Virus record (IMG/VR): IMGVR_UViG_3300036853_000446
Span: 248,001-312,000 of that record
Direction: 5' to 3' (one strand)
Length of the DNA stretch: 64,000 bases
Positions 1-8,682 of the stretch are shown piece after piece. Both the position numbers and the translations under genes were made by a program. Numbering within the stretch: position 1 is the stretch's first letter; each line of letters starts with the position of its first letter. The notes below the pieces were generated by a model. It had not been told where the DNA came from. It worked only from the letters and a program-made list of their open reading frames with translations, and ran no database searches.

Positions 1-2
1 AT

Positions 3-290
3 GCGACCCTCGAGGCGCTCTGCAACGAAAAGCACGGCGAGCTGACCGACGACATCCTAAAGCCTCTCGAGCAGGCGATCAGGGCCATTCGGGAGGCCAC
101 CGCCGCCATCCTGCTTGCCACTCCCGACGAGTCACTCGCTGGGCTCATCTCGACGCTCGAAGCCCAGACGGTGCCCGGGGGAACCGTTCCCCCGTTCGCT
201 CCCGCCACGCTCGGCCCTAACCAGGTTTTCATCTCTCGCTACCCGACCCCCGAAGACCTCATCGAAAAGCCGGAGAAGCGTCGACCCTGA
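3..290 (+). CDS. hypothetical protein, 5'-truncated by window edge
   Basis: Open frame from position 3 to TGA at 288-290 with GC3-rich codons. Confidence 0.5.
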   Translation, partial: ATLEALCNEKHGELTDDILKPLEQAIRAIREATAAILLATPDESLAGLISTLEAQTVPGGTVPPFAPATLGPNQVFISRYPTPEDLIEKPEKRRP

Positions 291-333
291 ATCTCCTTGA
301 CCCCGATCCGACAAAGCTTCGCCTCGGCTCGGG

Positions 334-340
334 CGGTGTA
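334..340 (+). promoter_or_regulatory. class-2 motif CGGTGTA
   Basis: 10 nt before ATG 351. Confidence 0.55.
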
Positions 341-350
341 CCCGGTCGGG

Positions 351-665
351 ATGCGCAAACCACTCACCTACCGCGACCTCCTCCGGCTGCTACGCGCCCA
401 CGACTCTCGGTTCGACATCCGCCCCGGCAAGGGCAGCGAACGGGTTCTCTGCCTCCAGGGCCGCCCGGTCACCTGCTGCCTGCCGCACCACGGCGACGGG
501 CACACGATTGGCGTCGGCCTGCTGACTCGCATCGAACGCGCCTTCAAACTGCCCCGGGGCTTCTTCGACCGGCGGGACAAGCGGAAGGCCGCGGTCGAGA
601 TTCGGGGCGCAGACGTCGTAGGCGCCGGCCGTCCCTCCTCGGCCACCTGGGAATCCCCAGCCTAA
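351..665 (+). CDS. HicA-like toxin-fold protein (GSE instead of GSH)
   Basis: YRDLLRLLRAH...GKGSE...PHHGDGHTIGVGLLTRI follows the HicA pattern. Confidence 0.6.
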   Translation: MRKPLTYRDLLRLLRAHDSRFDIRPGKGSERVLCLQGRPVTCCLPHHGDGHTIGVGLLTRIERAFKLPRGFFDRRDKRKAAVEIRGADVVGAGRPSSATWESPA

Positions 666-762
666 TCCTAGTTTTCTCGCCGACTTCCTCGAACGGACCG
701 ACCGACCGTGACATCGTCGGTCTCTCGCCGATTTGTCGACGTGCCGCCCACTCCTTTCTCGC

Positions 763-790
763 GGTTCAAACCGCCGGGCTCGCCCGTACT
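763..790 (+). promoter_or_regulatory. class-1 ECF-like promoter (variant GGTTCAAA...CCCGTACT)
   Basis: 16-nt spacing, ATG at 800. Confidence 0.55.
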
Positions 791-799
791 TCCGGCAGA

Positions 800-907
800 A
801 TGTCACTCACCGAATCCAAGAAGGCTCTCGCCAGCTCCGACCCCGTCATTTTCGCGCGCAGGCCCGATTACTGGTTGAAGCCGGCGTTCCGCGGACTTCC
901 GATCTAG
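800..907 (+). CDS. 35-aa small protein
   Basis: MSLTESKKALASSDPVIFARRPDYWLKPAFRGLPI directly after a class-1 motif; below the ORF-track cutoff. Confidence 0.35.
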   Translation: MSLTESKKALASSDPVIFARRPDYWLKPAFRGLPI

Positions 908-1024
908 GTCACTTTGGTCCGGGCTGGAGACGGCCGTCATGAGAACCCCTTGCCGATCCTAGGGGTTGGGGGCGAGTTTGAATTTTTAGGGAACGAAATC
1001 GGCGGCTGGCGTCGTCATGGTCTT

Positions 1025-2254
1025 ATGATGACGACGAGCATGCAGCGGCACGAAACCAAGGCCGAACGACTGAGTCCTCTGGCGCCTGACCACGAGCGCA
1101 ACGCCGAAAATTATCCGAGCTGTTCGAACATCTCCGCTGGTCTCATCGGCTGGCAATTCACTCTCGTCCCAGAACGGCCGTCAGGTCCACCCGAGTACGT
1201 CCACGTCCCCGTCACCAGACCCTTCTCGTGGGGAGATGAGGAAGCGCTCAAAGTTCACCTCTTCGCGACTCGCTGGAATGCCGCCTGGGAAGCGGGACAC
1301 CTGCGATCGCAGATGTTCAATGAGAGCGATGTCCCTCGAACCCTGAAGTGGCTCGGAGATTATGACGATGTGGACTTACGCCTGATCGTCGCCGGCCGGG
1401 ACAATCCGTACCTTGCTTACGAGCCCCTGTACCATCTCCTGACTCTCGACACGTTGCACCACTGCGGACTGCCGCCTCTCAGGCGTGGCATATGGCCGTC
1501 GCTCGGCCCGATTGGAAATGCCCGTATGGGCGGCTACCTTCCGAGCGATTTCTCCCACCGACTGCAATCTGGCTTCTCCCGGCAGCTCTGGCCTCATCTC
1601 GAACGCCGACATCGAGGCTCGTATTCACCTCACGAGCCACTGGTCATGCTCTCGAACTGCCTGGATTTTTGGCTACCATACCTCGATCGAGTCGCGCAGA
1701 CCAGGCTCGGCGAATTCGAACGAGTTGCCCACGACGAAGAGTCGCTGGAGGCGCTCGAACATATCCCGGCAAACGTGAGAAAAAAGATCCGGCGTCCTCT
1801 AAAGGGCGGTGACATTTGGCACGGTGAGTTGGACGCGCAAGACGCCATGACTGAGATGGTGGAAGCCGCAGACGAGCGCGGCCGTCTGCGTGGAATTGTG
1901 GACGCCATACGGTCGAACAGGGTCGAGGACGACTTTTCAGCGCGATGGTCGAAAGCCAAGGCAGACTTCGAGCGTCGCCTCTATCACAAGCGCACTCACG
2001 TCAAGGTTTCGTTCGTAGAACTGGACGATACGATCCCCGTACACGCGCCCAACTCCGAGCCCGATGGGAATCTCATCTGGCAGGACCTACTGACGCTATG
2101 CGATCGACGGGAACGCCAAGTCGTCGTGTGTCTACGCAACGGCACCACTCGAGCGACCGATATCGCCCCGAAATTGGGCTACGCCAATCATAGTCCGGTC
2201 TCGAAGACCTTGGCTCGAATCCGAGCGAAGGTCGCCAAGCTATTCGACCTCTAG
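1025..2254 (+). CDS. protein with C-terminal sigma-70 region-4-like HTH
   Basis: C-term CDRRERQVVVCLRNGTTRATDIAPKLGYANHSPVSKTLARIRAKV; start uncertain. Confidence 0.6.
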   Translation: MMTTSMQRHETKAERLSPLAPDHERNAENYPSCSNISAGLIGWQFTLVPERPSGPPEYVHVPVTRPFSWGDEEALKVHLFATRWNAAWEAGHLRSQMFNESDVPRTLKWLGDYDDVDLRLIVAGRDNPYLAYEPLYHLLTLDTLHHCGLPPLRRGIWPSLGPIGNARMGGYLPSDFSHRLQSGFSRQLWPHLERRHRGSYSPHEPLVMLSNCLDFWLPYLDRVAQTRLGEFERVAHDEESLEALEHIPANVRKKIRRPLKGGDIWHGELDAQDAMTEMVEAADERGRLRGIVDAIRSNRVEDDFSARWSKAKADFERRLYHKRTHVKVSFVELDDTIPVHAPNSEPDGNLIWQDLLTLCDRRERQVVVCLRNGTTRATDIAPKLGYANHSPVSKTLARIRAKVAKLFDL

Positions 2255-2691
2255 CGTGAGACGACCGCGGACTTCGTGACGACCCCACGAATGCCGGCCC
2301 CCGTGATATCGATGTTGCCCGTCGCGCGGTTGTATTCGATGCGCTCGACGCCTCGGAACTTCGCTTCGACCGCCTCCCGCGTGAGCGTCTCGAGGGGCGG
2401 CGACTCGGCGCCGTTCATCCTAGTGAACGTCGCGTACCCCCGGCACCACTCGGACGGGTGCGCGTGGTGCATGCGACCGCTCGCGTACCTGACGCGGATC
2501 TCGCCCTTGCAGCCGGGGCAGGTGTCGACGAAGTCCCCCAGCGAATGGTCGCGACTGAGCCAGCGCCCCATCATGTCGAGGTAGCCGTCGGCGAGCTTGT
2601 CTCCCTTCGCAGCGCTCTGCCTTTGTGCGTTCAGATGCCTTTGTCGGCGTGCGTCGAGCTGTCGTCTGCGCTTCACGTCGTCTTTCGCCAT
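2251..2691 (-). CDS. hypothetical protein with CxxC
   Basis: ATG 2691, downstream of the array trailer; CPGC...H...C. Confidence 0.55.
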   Translation of the reverse strand: MAKDDVKRRRQLDARRQRHLNAQRQSAAKGDKLADGYLDMMGRWLSRDHSLGDFVDTCPGCKGEIRVRYASGRMHHAHPSEWCRGYATFTRMNGAESPPLETLTREAVEAKFRGVERIEYNRATGNIDITGAGIRGVVTKSAVVSR

Positions 2692-2723
2692 ATCGGTTTC
2701 GCCATCAGCGTGTCGTGAATCTT

Positions 2724-2980
2724 GTCGTGGTCTGGTGGGCTCCACGCAGCCTCTCAAATCTCTCTGCTCGCTGAGGAGGCAGCGCAACAGAACCAACGTC
2801 GTGGTCAGGTGGGCTCCACGCAGCCTCTCAAATGTCCGAGATCGCGACTTTAGGGTATGTAAATTCGTCGTGTCGTGGTCAGGTGGGCTCCACGCAGCCT
2901 CTCAAAGAAGGTGAACCCGTTGCTGTATGCCTTCGCGTCTACGAGTCGTGGTCAGGTGGGCTCCACGCAGCCTCTCAAAG
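2724..2980 (-). CRISPR. CRISPR array A1 (4 repeats, 3 spacers)
   Basis: 36-nt repeats GTCGTGGTCWGGTGGGCTCCACGCAGCCTCTCAAAK at 2724, 2798, 2872, 2945; spacers 37-38 nt; leader on the right. Confidence 0.95.
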
Positions 2981-3135
2981 ACGTAGCCTCAAAGTTCAGG
3001 CAATATAGGGCATTACGAGGCGGATTGCGAGAGGGTCGATCGTGCTCTGATTTGCCGTCGCGTAACCCTTCGATTTGCTTTGCATGGGCTGATCGAATCA
3101 CGTACTCGCTCGCCAAAGCCCCAAAGGGGCTCGGT
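2981..3135 (-). promoter_or_regulatory. conserved CRISPR leader copy 1
   Basis: Aligns with 12522-12665 and 18319-18472 (CAATATAGGGCATT, CGGATTGCGAG, GCGTAACCCTTCGATTTGCTTTGC, ATCGAATCAC, CGCTCGCC). Confidence 0.85.
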
Positions 3136-3184
3136 CGTCATTCGCAGGCGGACTCAGCGTGTGCTATGATTTATTAACTCAACC

Positions 3185-3745
3185 ATGGCCCAAACCGACA
3201 CCGTTGCCTCTCGGGTCGCCGCGCGTGTGCTCCACGCCATGGCCTATGATCGAAACGAATTCAGGAATAAGCTCGAAGAGCACATCGGTGGGGCTTACCT
3301 CGAGTTCTACAAGGCGCGGCTCGCAAGCAAGAACGGCCAAACCAAGTGGGTCAAGCACTGGCTCACGGAGGTGCGGCAGCTGCTCGATCGAAACCTCGTC
3401 GCCGCCATGCTGCACGAGATCCGCGGGTTCAAAGACCGGCGCAAGGTATATGAGCAGGTTTGTACCGCCATGAAGGCAAAGGACGCGGGCTACCGCCTGG
3501 CGGCTGAGAACACCGTGCTCCGTGACTACGGCCTTCGCAAGGTGCGCATGCTGCTAGACGATCAGGACACGACTAACTTTTGGGCCCTCGTCGAGCAGGC
3601 CGTCGACACCGGACTGGCAGGCAAGGCTGATGTCGAGCTGCAGGCACAACCCCAAGGCAAGCGCGATAAGGGCCGTGGCAAGCCGGAGAAGGGCGACAAC
3701 GGCCGTGGTAAGGGCGACAAGCGGAAGCGAGCGTCCGCTTCATGA
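3185..3745 (+). CDS. leader-adjacent hypothetical protein, paralog of 12708-13229
   Basis: Shared KLEEHIGGAYLEFYKARLA and EVRQLLDRNLV; basic C-terminal tail. Confidence 0.85.
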   Translation: MAQTDTVASRVAARVLHAMAYDRNEFRNKLEEHIGGAYLEFYKARLASKNGQTKWVKHWLTEVRQLLDRNLVAAMLHEIRGFKDRRKVYEQVCTAMKAKDAGYRLAAENTVLRDYGLRKVRMLLDDQDTTNFWALVEQAVDTGLAGKADVELQAQPQGKRDKGRGKPEKGDNGRGKGDKRKRASAS

Positions 3746-3816
3746 AGCTCAGTTGTCCTTCGACGGATCCTGGCGCGGCCGCGTCTTCTCCTTCGACGTT
3801 CGGCTCCTGTGAAGCC

Positions 3817-4299
3817 TCAGCTCGGGTTCGCGGCAAAGTCGAGAAACCCGGTAAACGGCAAGCGCGCATCCGCCGGCAGGCATTCGAACGTCCCGAGCGC
3901 TTCTCCCGCGTCGTTCCTCTTTAGGGTTGCCCTCCACGACACGTTGCCCAGCCCCCGATGCTCGCGCGTCAAGAAGGCAGCTTCTCCGTCTTCCGCGGCG
4001 AAATACACGGCGAGCGCGCGGTAGTCACGCGCCGTTTTTTTGAACAGGAATTGCAGATGGTTCGGCTCATCCCCGTCTCCGTCGACAATCAAGATCCCCC
4101 AAGGCGTCACGGGGAACGCAGGCCCACTCGGATTGTGTGTCGCGAGGCAAAAGAAGGTCGTCTTCACATCGCCATCCGACAGGAACGCCTCCCGAAGTCG
4201 AATCATCACCCACTCGTCCAGCTCCCGGATCACGGGTTCCGAGGACAGGTCGCGACCGTCAAAGGCCTCACGAAACGTAGACTTTGAAACCCCCGTCAT
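3817..4299 (-). CDS. hypothetical protein
   Basis: ORF track; start uncertain. Confidence 0.5.
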   Translation of the reverse strand: MTGVSKSTFREAFDGRDLSSEPVIRELDEWVMIRLREAFLSDGDVKTTFFCLATHNPSGPAFPVTPWGILIVDGDGDEPNHLQFLFKKTARDYRALAVYFAAEDGEAAFLTREHRGLGNVSWRATLKRNDAGEALGTFECLPADARLPFTGFLDFAANPS

Positions 4300-4438
4300 T
4301 GTGGTTACGGTTACCCCCAGGATCTGTCCGGAGTCAAGAGCAGTTCCTCTCAATGAGACCCAGCCTTCTTCAGGCCACTCAAAGGGGGACTTCCATCACC
4401 CAAGGCCAGCCAGATTCAAATTCCGAGTAGGGTCATTG

Positions 4439-4445
4439 CGGTGTA
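4439..4445 (+). promoter_or_regulatory. class-2 motif CGGTGTA
   Basis: 11 nt before ATG 4457. Confidence 0.55.
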
Positions 4446-4456
4446 GAATCGACCCA

Positions 4457-4735
4457 ATGAAAGCCAAACACCGACTCTTCCTGTCCGACAAAATTCTTCG
4501 AGTCATCGGTCCTCGAGAGGTTTCACCTCATGACGTGGCCGAGCTTTTGAGAAAGCGCGATCGGAGACACCCAACCGAACCTCCGTGGACGCCAGAGAGT
4601 AGAGCACTCGACACGTATCTTTCGCTGGTAATGGGGACATTACCCGAGCTTATGCGGGTCCGCCCAAACATGTTCAAGGCCCGGAACCCACATCATTTTC
4701 TCCGCATCGTGTCGAACGACTCAGGGAAGAGTTAG
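4457..4735 (+). CDS. small basic protein, possible winged HTH
   Basis: ILRVIGPREVSPHDVAELL; start set by class-2 motif. Confidence 0.5.
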   Translation: MKAKHRLFLSDKILRVIGPREVSPHDVAELLRKRDRRHPTEPPWTPESRALDTYLSLVMGTLPELMRVRPNMFKARNPHHFLRIVSNDSGKS

Positions 4736-4859
4736 GGTCGCGGACTTTGATAAGTTGCCTTTTTTGGGTAGGGTTCTGCGACCGACCGCACCCGTCTTGG
4801 CGTGGTCGGTTCCCTTCCCTTTGCTTTTCCCATCATTCGGTTCCATTATTTAGGTAACC

Positions 4860-5549
4860 GTGGTTACCCCAAAGGCCAATCTCGTGACCCAACGGATCGC
4901 CGCCCGCGTGGCGGCTCGAACCCTCTGGGCCATGACGAACGTCGCCCCTCGGCTCTCGGGCATCCCGAATGTCTCCATCTTCATGTCGGAGGGCACGAAC
5001 GAGGGAAAAGACCTTCAGCACGGTCCCCGCGTCAAGGTCGAAAGCCTCACCGGTCGGTTCCCCGACACCAGCGTCACTATTGGTCCAAATCCCCATGTAG
5101 TCGAGGGCGGCCCGCTTCCCGCCGACGTTTTGAAGCAAGTCATCATCTGGATCGACTTGAACCGCCCCATGCTCATGCGTCTTTGGACGTCCAAGATTGA
5201 CCAACAACAGGCGGCGTCTGCCGTCAAGAGCGTCGAGCACACCGAGCCAGTAACCTTCTTCCATCCTTCTCTCGAGGCTATCAAACGTGCCCTCTTGCCC
5301 GGCGAATTCATCACGGGCAAGCGTTCGCTTGCAAAGGCTCGCGGCCTCGACCTGGCGATCGAGGCCGGCAAAGACGAGTTCTTCGTTCACCAAGTCCTCG
5401 CCTCCGTCGGCGATCAGGTCACGCGCGGCGGGACGAGCGACGTGTGGAACGCGAGCGAACGATTGCCCGTCACGGAATCAAAGAAGTTTAAAGTCCCTGT
5501 AAAACGGCGCAAGCCGCCCGCTTCAAAGAAGCGACCATCGCGCAAATAA
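4860..5549 (+). CDS. DUF4160-like domain with C-terminal extension, paralog of 60633-61070
   Basis: GKDLQHGPRVKV...WIDLNRPMLMRLW. Confidence 0.65.
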   Translation: MVTPKANLVTQRIAARVAARTLWAMTNVAPRLSGIPNVSIFMSEGTNEGKDLQHGPRVKVESLTGRFPDTSVTIGPNPHVVEGGPLPADVLKQVIIWIDLNRPMLMRLWTSKIDQQQAASAVKSVEHTEPVTFFHPSLEAIKRALLPGEFITGKRSLAKARGLDLAIEAGKDEFFVHQVLASVGDQVTRGGTSDVWNASERLPVTESKKFKVPVKRRKPPASKKRPSRK

Positions 5550-5652
5550 ACGGCGGATTCGTCCGCGCGTGCCTCCGAGTCTGGCCCGTATTCCCTCGAA
5601 TTGCCCTACCCAAGGGCCCCGCGGCGCAAAAGGAGGTACCCTACGGGGTCAA

Positions 5653-6198
5653 ATGCCCATTCTCATTGGCCACCTGCAAATCGATCCCGACCGGATGCAC
5701 ACCATCGCGGATGCGCAGAGGGTCGTGGGCTCCACGCCCGCCAACATCACGATCGTGGGCGACGTCGAGCACTATCCCGAAACGGTCCTCGAGTACCTTC
5801 TCGTTCGGGCGCTCCGTCCCATGGTCGCCCTCGGGGCCAAGGTCGAGCGCGTGCATTACTGCCGGGAATATTTCCCTCTCCACCTTCTGACGGATCACGC
5901 ATTGGAGGTTGCCCGTACTCCCCCCGAAATGACCACCACCGAGACGACGACGCCCGAAAAGACCTACACCCTCACGCTGACCGAGAACGAGATGGCTCGC
6001 GTCATCCACTCCTTGAGCGTCGACGCCGAGTCCCTACGCGCGCTGGCGGAGCCGTTCGACAGCTACGCTCTCCAGCTGGCAGAGGCTTCCGAGGCACTCA
6101 GGGACCGCCTTCGCGAAATCGTAAAGCCCTACCGTGACCCCGTCGCTCACGTCCCCACGGACGAGCGCTGGGCCGCCGAACGCCTCCACAACCTGTGA
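5653..6198 (+). CDS. hypothetical protein (internal promoter and in-frame ATG at 5929)
   Basis: ORF track; class-1 motif inside the ORF. Confidence 0.55.
   Translation: MPILIGHLQIDPDRMHTIADAQRVVGSTPANITIVGDVEHYPETVLEYLLVRALRPMVALGAKVERVHYCREYFPLHLLTDHALEVARTPPEMTTTETTTPEKTYTLTLTENEMARVIHSLSVDAESLRALAEPFDSYALQLAEASEALRDRLREIVKPYRDPVAHVPTDERWAAERLHNL
5892..5920 (+). promoter_or_regulatory. class-1 ECF-like promoter
   Basis: GGATCAC-N-CCCGTACTC, ATG 5929. Confidence 0.7.
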
Positions 6199-6358
6199 GG
6201 AGCGGCGCGCGGGGGGAAGGCCGTTCACGGTCATCCCCCCGTTCGCGCTCGGCACTACACCTGTCTCTGACCCACTTTGACAAATCCAAAGCGATTTCTG
6301 TACCGTCTCGAGAGCCTTGGCGTGCCGCGTCGAGACCCAGGTGTTACTCTCACCTACC

Positions 6359-6814
6359 ATGGCTCTCAACACCGACGATCCAACAGAAACTAAACTCCGG
6401 AGCCTCGTGCTCGTCTCAAAAGATCGGGGCTCAGAAGACCTGGGCATGGGCTCTGTCGTAAACGCTGACCCGTCGCTCGTGCACCTCGGAGACGCGAGTG
6501 TACACCCCGCTGCGATTACCGAGGTCCGCATCGAGCGGTTCTGCGAGAAATACCAGGTGACGACATACGATTTGAGGACACTGGTGTCTGCTGGCTGGTG
6601 CACCTCGATTGGCACACGGTGGGGGGTTTTCCCTTCCGTTTGCATGAAATGCGGGCAGCCACCGCGCCAAGACGTCCACGAGATTCTCCGTCCCAAGACC
6701 CCCCACGGGGAGAAGGACCTCCGCGGCTGGACGCACCTGCACTGCGCGATCCATTGGTCCGAGAAGGCCAAGAGGCTGCATGATCAGGTCGAGCGCCTAA
6801 TCGCCGACGATTGA
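6359..6814 (+). CDS. hypothetical protein with CxxC...HxxC
   Basis: CMKC...HLHC. Confidence 0.55.
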   Translation: MALNTDDPTETKLRSLVLVSKDRGSEDLGMGSVVNADPSLVHLGDASVHPAAITEVRIERFCEKYQVTTYDLRTLVSAGWCTSIGTRWGVFPSVCMKCGQPPRQDVHEILRPKTPHGEKDLRGWTHLHCAIHWSEKAKRLHDQVERLIADD

Positions 6815-6822
6815 CGCGCCAC

Positions 6823-6852
6823 GGATCAAATGCCCGGGGCCCTCCCGTACTC
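6823..6852 (+). promoter_or_regulatory. class-1 ECF-like promoter
   Basis: GGATCAAA-N-CCCGTACTC, ATG 6858. Confidence 0.75.
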
Positions 6853-6857
6853 TCGCC

Positions 6858-7019
6858 ATGATCCATCTCTCAAACCTTCCGGCGGAAGAAATCACGATCG
6901 TGGCATACGTTGGCCTTCTGCTCATGGGCGAGTTCATCAAACCCAAGACCAGGCCCGTGCAGATCACATTCGCGCTTCTGGCACCACTCGCAATACTCGT
7001 CCTTTGGTTCGTCAAATGA
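6858..7019 (+). CDS. 53-aa membrane protein (2 hydrophobic segments)
   Basis: ITIVAYVGLLLMG and ITFALLAPLAILVLWFV; ATGA overlap with next gene; not in ORF track. Confidence 0.6.
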   Translation: MIHLSNLPAEEITIVAYVGLLLMGEFIKPKTRPVQITFALLAPLAILVLWFVK

Positions 7020-7312
7020 TCGCCTCCAAAGTCGCCGAGACCGAAACGTCCGACTTATCTGCCGTCGCGCATGAAGCCCTGTGCAGTCAACGCTGGGAAA
7101 TCGCCGCCGAGTTGCTCGACGCGCTCTTGGCTCGTGACGACGATTACGTAGGCGTGCCCTTCATGGGCCGGTACGCTGGCGCCCCCGATTTCATCGGGGC
7201 CCGCATCGTGGCCGTCAACGAGGCCGTCCGGCGCAACAACGACCGGGATCTCTTGCGAGTCGAGCTTGAAATCGAACAGCAAGAGGCCTCGAAGAGCGAG
7301 CGAAACGAATGA
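7016..7312 (+). CDS. hypothetical protein
   Basis: ATGA-coupled at both ends. Confidence 0.6.
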   Translation: MIASKVAETETSDLSAVAHEALCSQRWEIAAELLDALLARDDDYVGVPFMGRYAGAPDFIGARIVAVNEAVRRNNDRDLLRVELEIEQQEASKSERNE

Positions 7313-7596
7313 ACGTCGATAAGGTCATGTCTTACGCTCACGATCGCCACGGGCTTCTAGGCGATTTGGAAGGGCCCGGGTCGTTCGAGGCCGAGACGGC
7401 TCGTAGCGTCCGCTCGCTTCTCGAGCGTGGCTTCATCGAGCGGCGCGAGCGCACCGTCGTCATCGACCGCAGCTCGTACGGCGGCAACTGGACCGAGATG
7501 CAGCCGGTTGGCCCGACCACGATCGTCACGTGGCACCTGACGGACGCCGGTCGCGAACACTGGCTGAAGCTTCCGGTCAACGAACGCTCAGCGTAA
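7309..7596 (+). CDS. small winged-HTH-like protein
   Basis: RSVRSLLERGFIE...WHLTDAGR. Confidence 0.6.
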   Translation: MNVDKVMSYAHDRHGLLGDLEGPGSFEAETARSVRSLLERGFIERRERTVVIDRSSYGGNWTEMQPVGPTTIVTWHLTDAGREHWLKLPVNERSA

Positions 7597-7604
7597 ACGA
7601 GGCG

Positions 7605-7634
7605 GGATCAAACCTCCCCAGCCCGCCCGTATTC
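7605..7634 (+). promoter_or_regulatory. class-1 ECF-like promoter
   Basis: GGATCAAA-N-CCCGTATTC, ATG 7646. Confidence 0.75.
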
Positions 7635-7645
7635 CCCACGACACC

Positions 7646-7945
7646 ATGAAAAGCACTCTCGATTCGATTCAGGTTTTGGCCGCGCTCGACAACAGCACGC
7701 TCAGCGTCAAAGGCCTCGCGGAGAAGCTCACGGGCGACTCGACCAGCGAGACCGAGCGCGAGGTGGCCGATACCCTCTCGCTCCTCATCGACCAGGACAT
7801 GGTTCGAGCGTTTGAGGCCCACGGCGTGACCTGGTACGAGACGGCTGAGGCACCTCTCGTCCCGCGCCCCTCTCCCAAGCTCGACGCAGGCTACGCCGAC
7901 GAGGATCCGGGCGACGGTCGACCCGACCGCCTCTATGGCAACTGA
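7646..7945 (+). CDS. small winged-HTH-like protein
   Basis: LSVKGLAEKL...EVADTLSLLIDQDMV. Confidence 0.6.
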   Translation: MKSTLDSIQVLAALDNSTLSVKGLAEKLTGDSTSETEREVADTLSLLIDQDMVRAFEAHGVTWYETAEAPLVPRPSPKLDAGYADEDPGDGRPDRLYGN

Positions 7946-8214
7946 TTTTCGGAGCGGGTGCTTCAGCCCCGCTCAAGGGGAACCCCATGCTTTGGGTCGC
8001 GCAGCACGTGCAGCGCTGTGACCAGCCGATCGAGGACTTCGTCCCTATCGGTGGGCGGGAGCCGATCCATAATCCGGACCACGTGGTCAACCGCTTCGTT
8101 GACGGCACGATCGGCAGCCGTATCGGGCGGCAGGTCTTCATCATCATCCATCGCCCGTGATTGTATCCAAAAACTAGTGCCCTGAGCCATAGCCTTTGGC
8201 GTATATTGCCGGGC

Positions 8215-8634
8215 ATGGACTTGCTCGCAGTCGTAAAGAACGGCCGGATCGTCCTCGATGAAGCCACGGATCTCCCCGAAGGGACCGTAGTCGAACTCGG
8301 TGTCTATTACCCGGGGACGATCGCGTCCGACGCAGTCGGGTTCCTCCCTACGCCGCTGCAGCCGGCCGTGAGCACCATCTATAACCTTCGGCAAGCGCTC
8401 ACGGACGGCAAAACGGACATGGCGGCCTTCTACCGCGAACAGCTCGTCTCCGACCTGAACGGGGCTGAAGTCCTGCCCCTCTTGACCGTCGATGTTGCCC
8501 CGGCCCTTCGACAGCTGCTTCGTGCACCGGCGACCGATATTCGTCGACAGGATCTCGCGGCGCTCGAGCTGGCCTTGTTCGACGCCCGATTGCCCGATGC
8601 TGACGAGTCGTCCATCGACACTCCGATGTACTAG
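8215..8634 (+). CDS. antitoxin-like N-terminal domain protein
   Basis: AVVKNGRIVLDEATDLPEGTVVEL resembles DUF104/AF2212-type antitoxins. Confidence 0.5.
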   Translation: MDLLAVVKNGRIVLDEATDLPEGTVVELGVYYPGTIASDAVGFLPTPLQPAVSTIYNLRQALTDGKTDMAAFYREQLVSDLNGAEVLPLLTVDVAPALRQLLRAPATDIRRQDLAALELALFDARLPDADESSIDTPMY

Positions 8635-8682
8635 GCCCACCGCTTGACCCGACCGCAACCGAGTCGCTATGGGGACTGAGGC

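Noticed and set aside
2724-2980. Reading repeat A as a type I repeat in + orientation (GTC...AAAT)
   Set aside because: The conserved leader lies on the right, degenerate repeats lie on the left in A2 and A3, and the reverse complement aligns with the effector-linked repeat B
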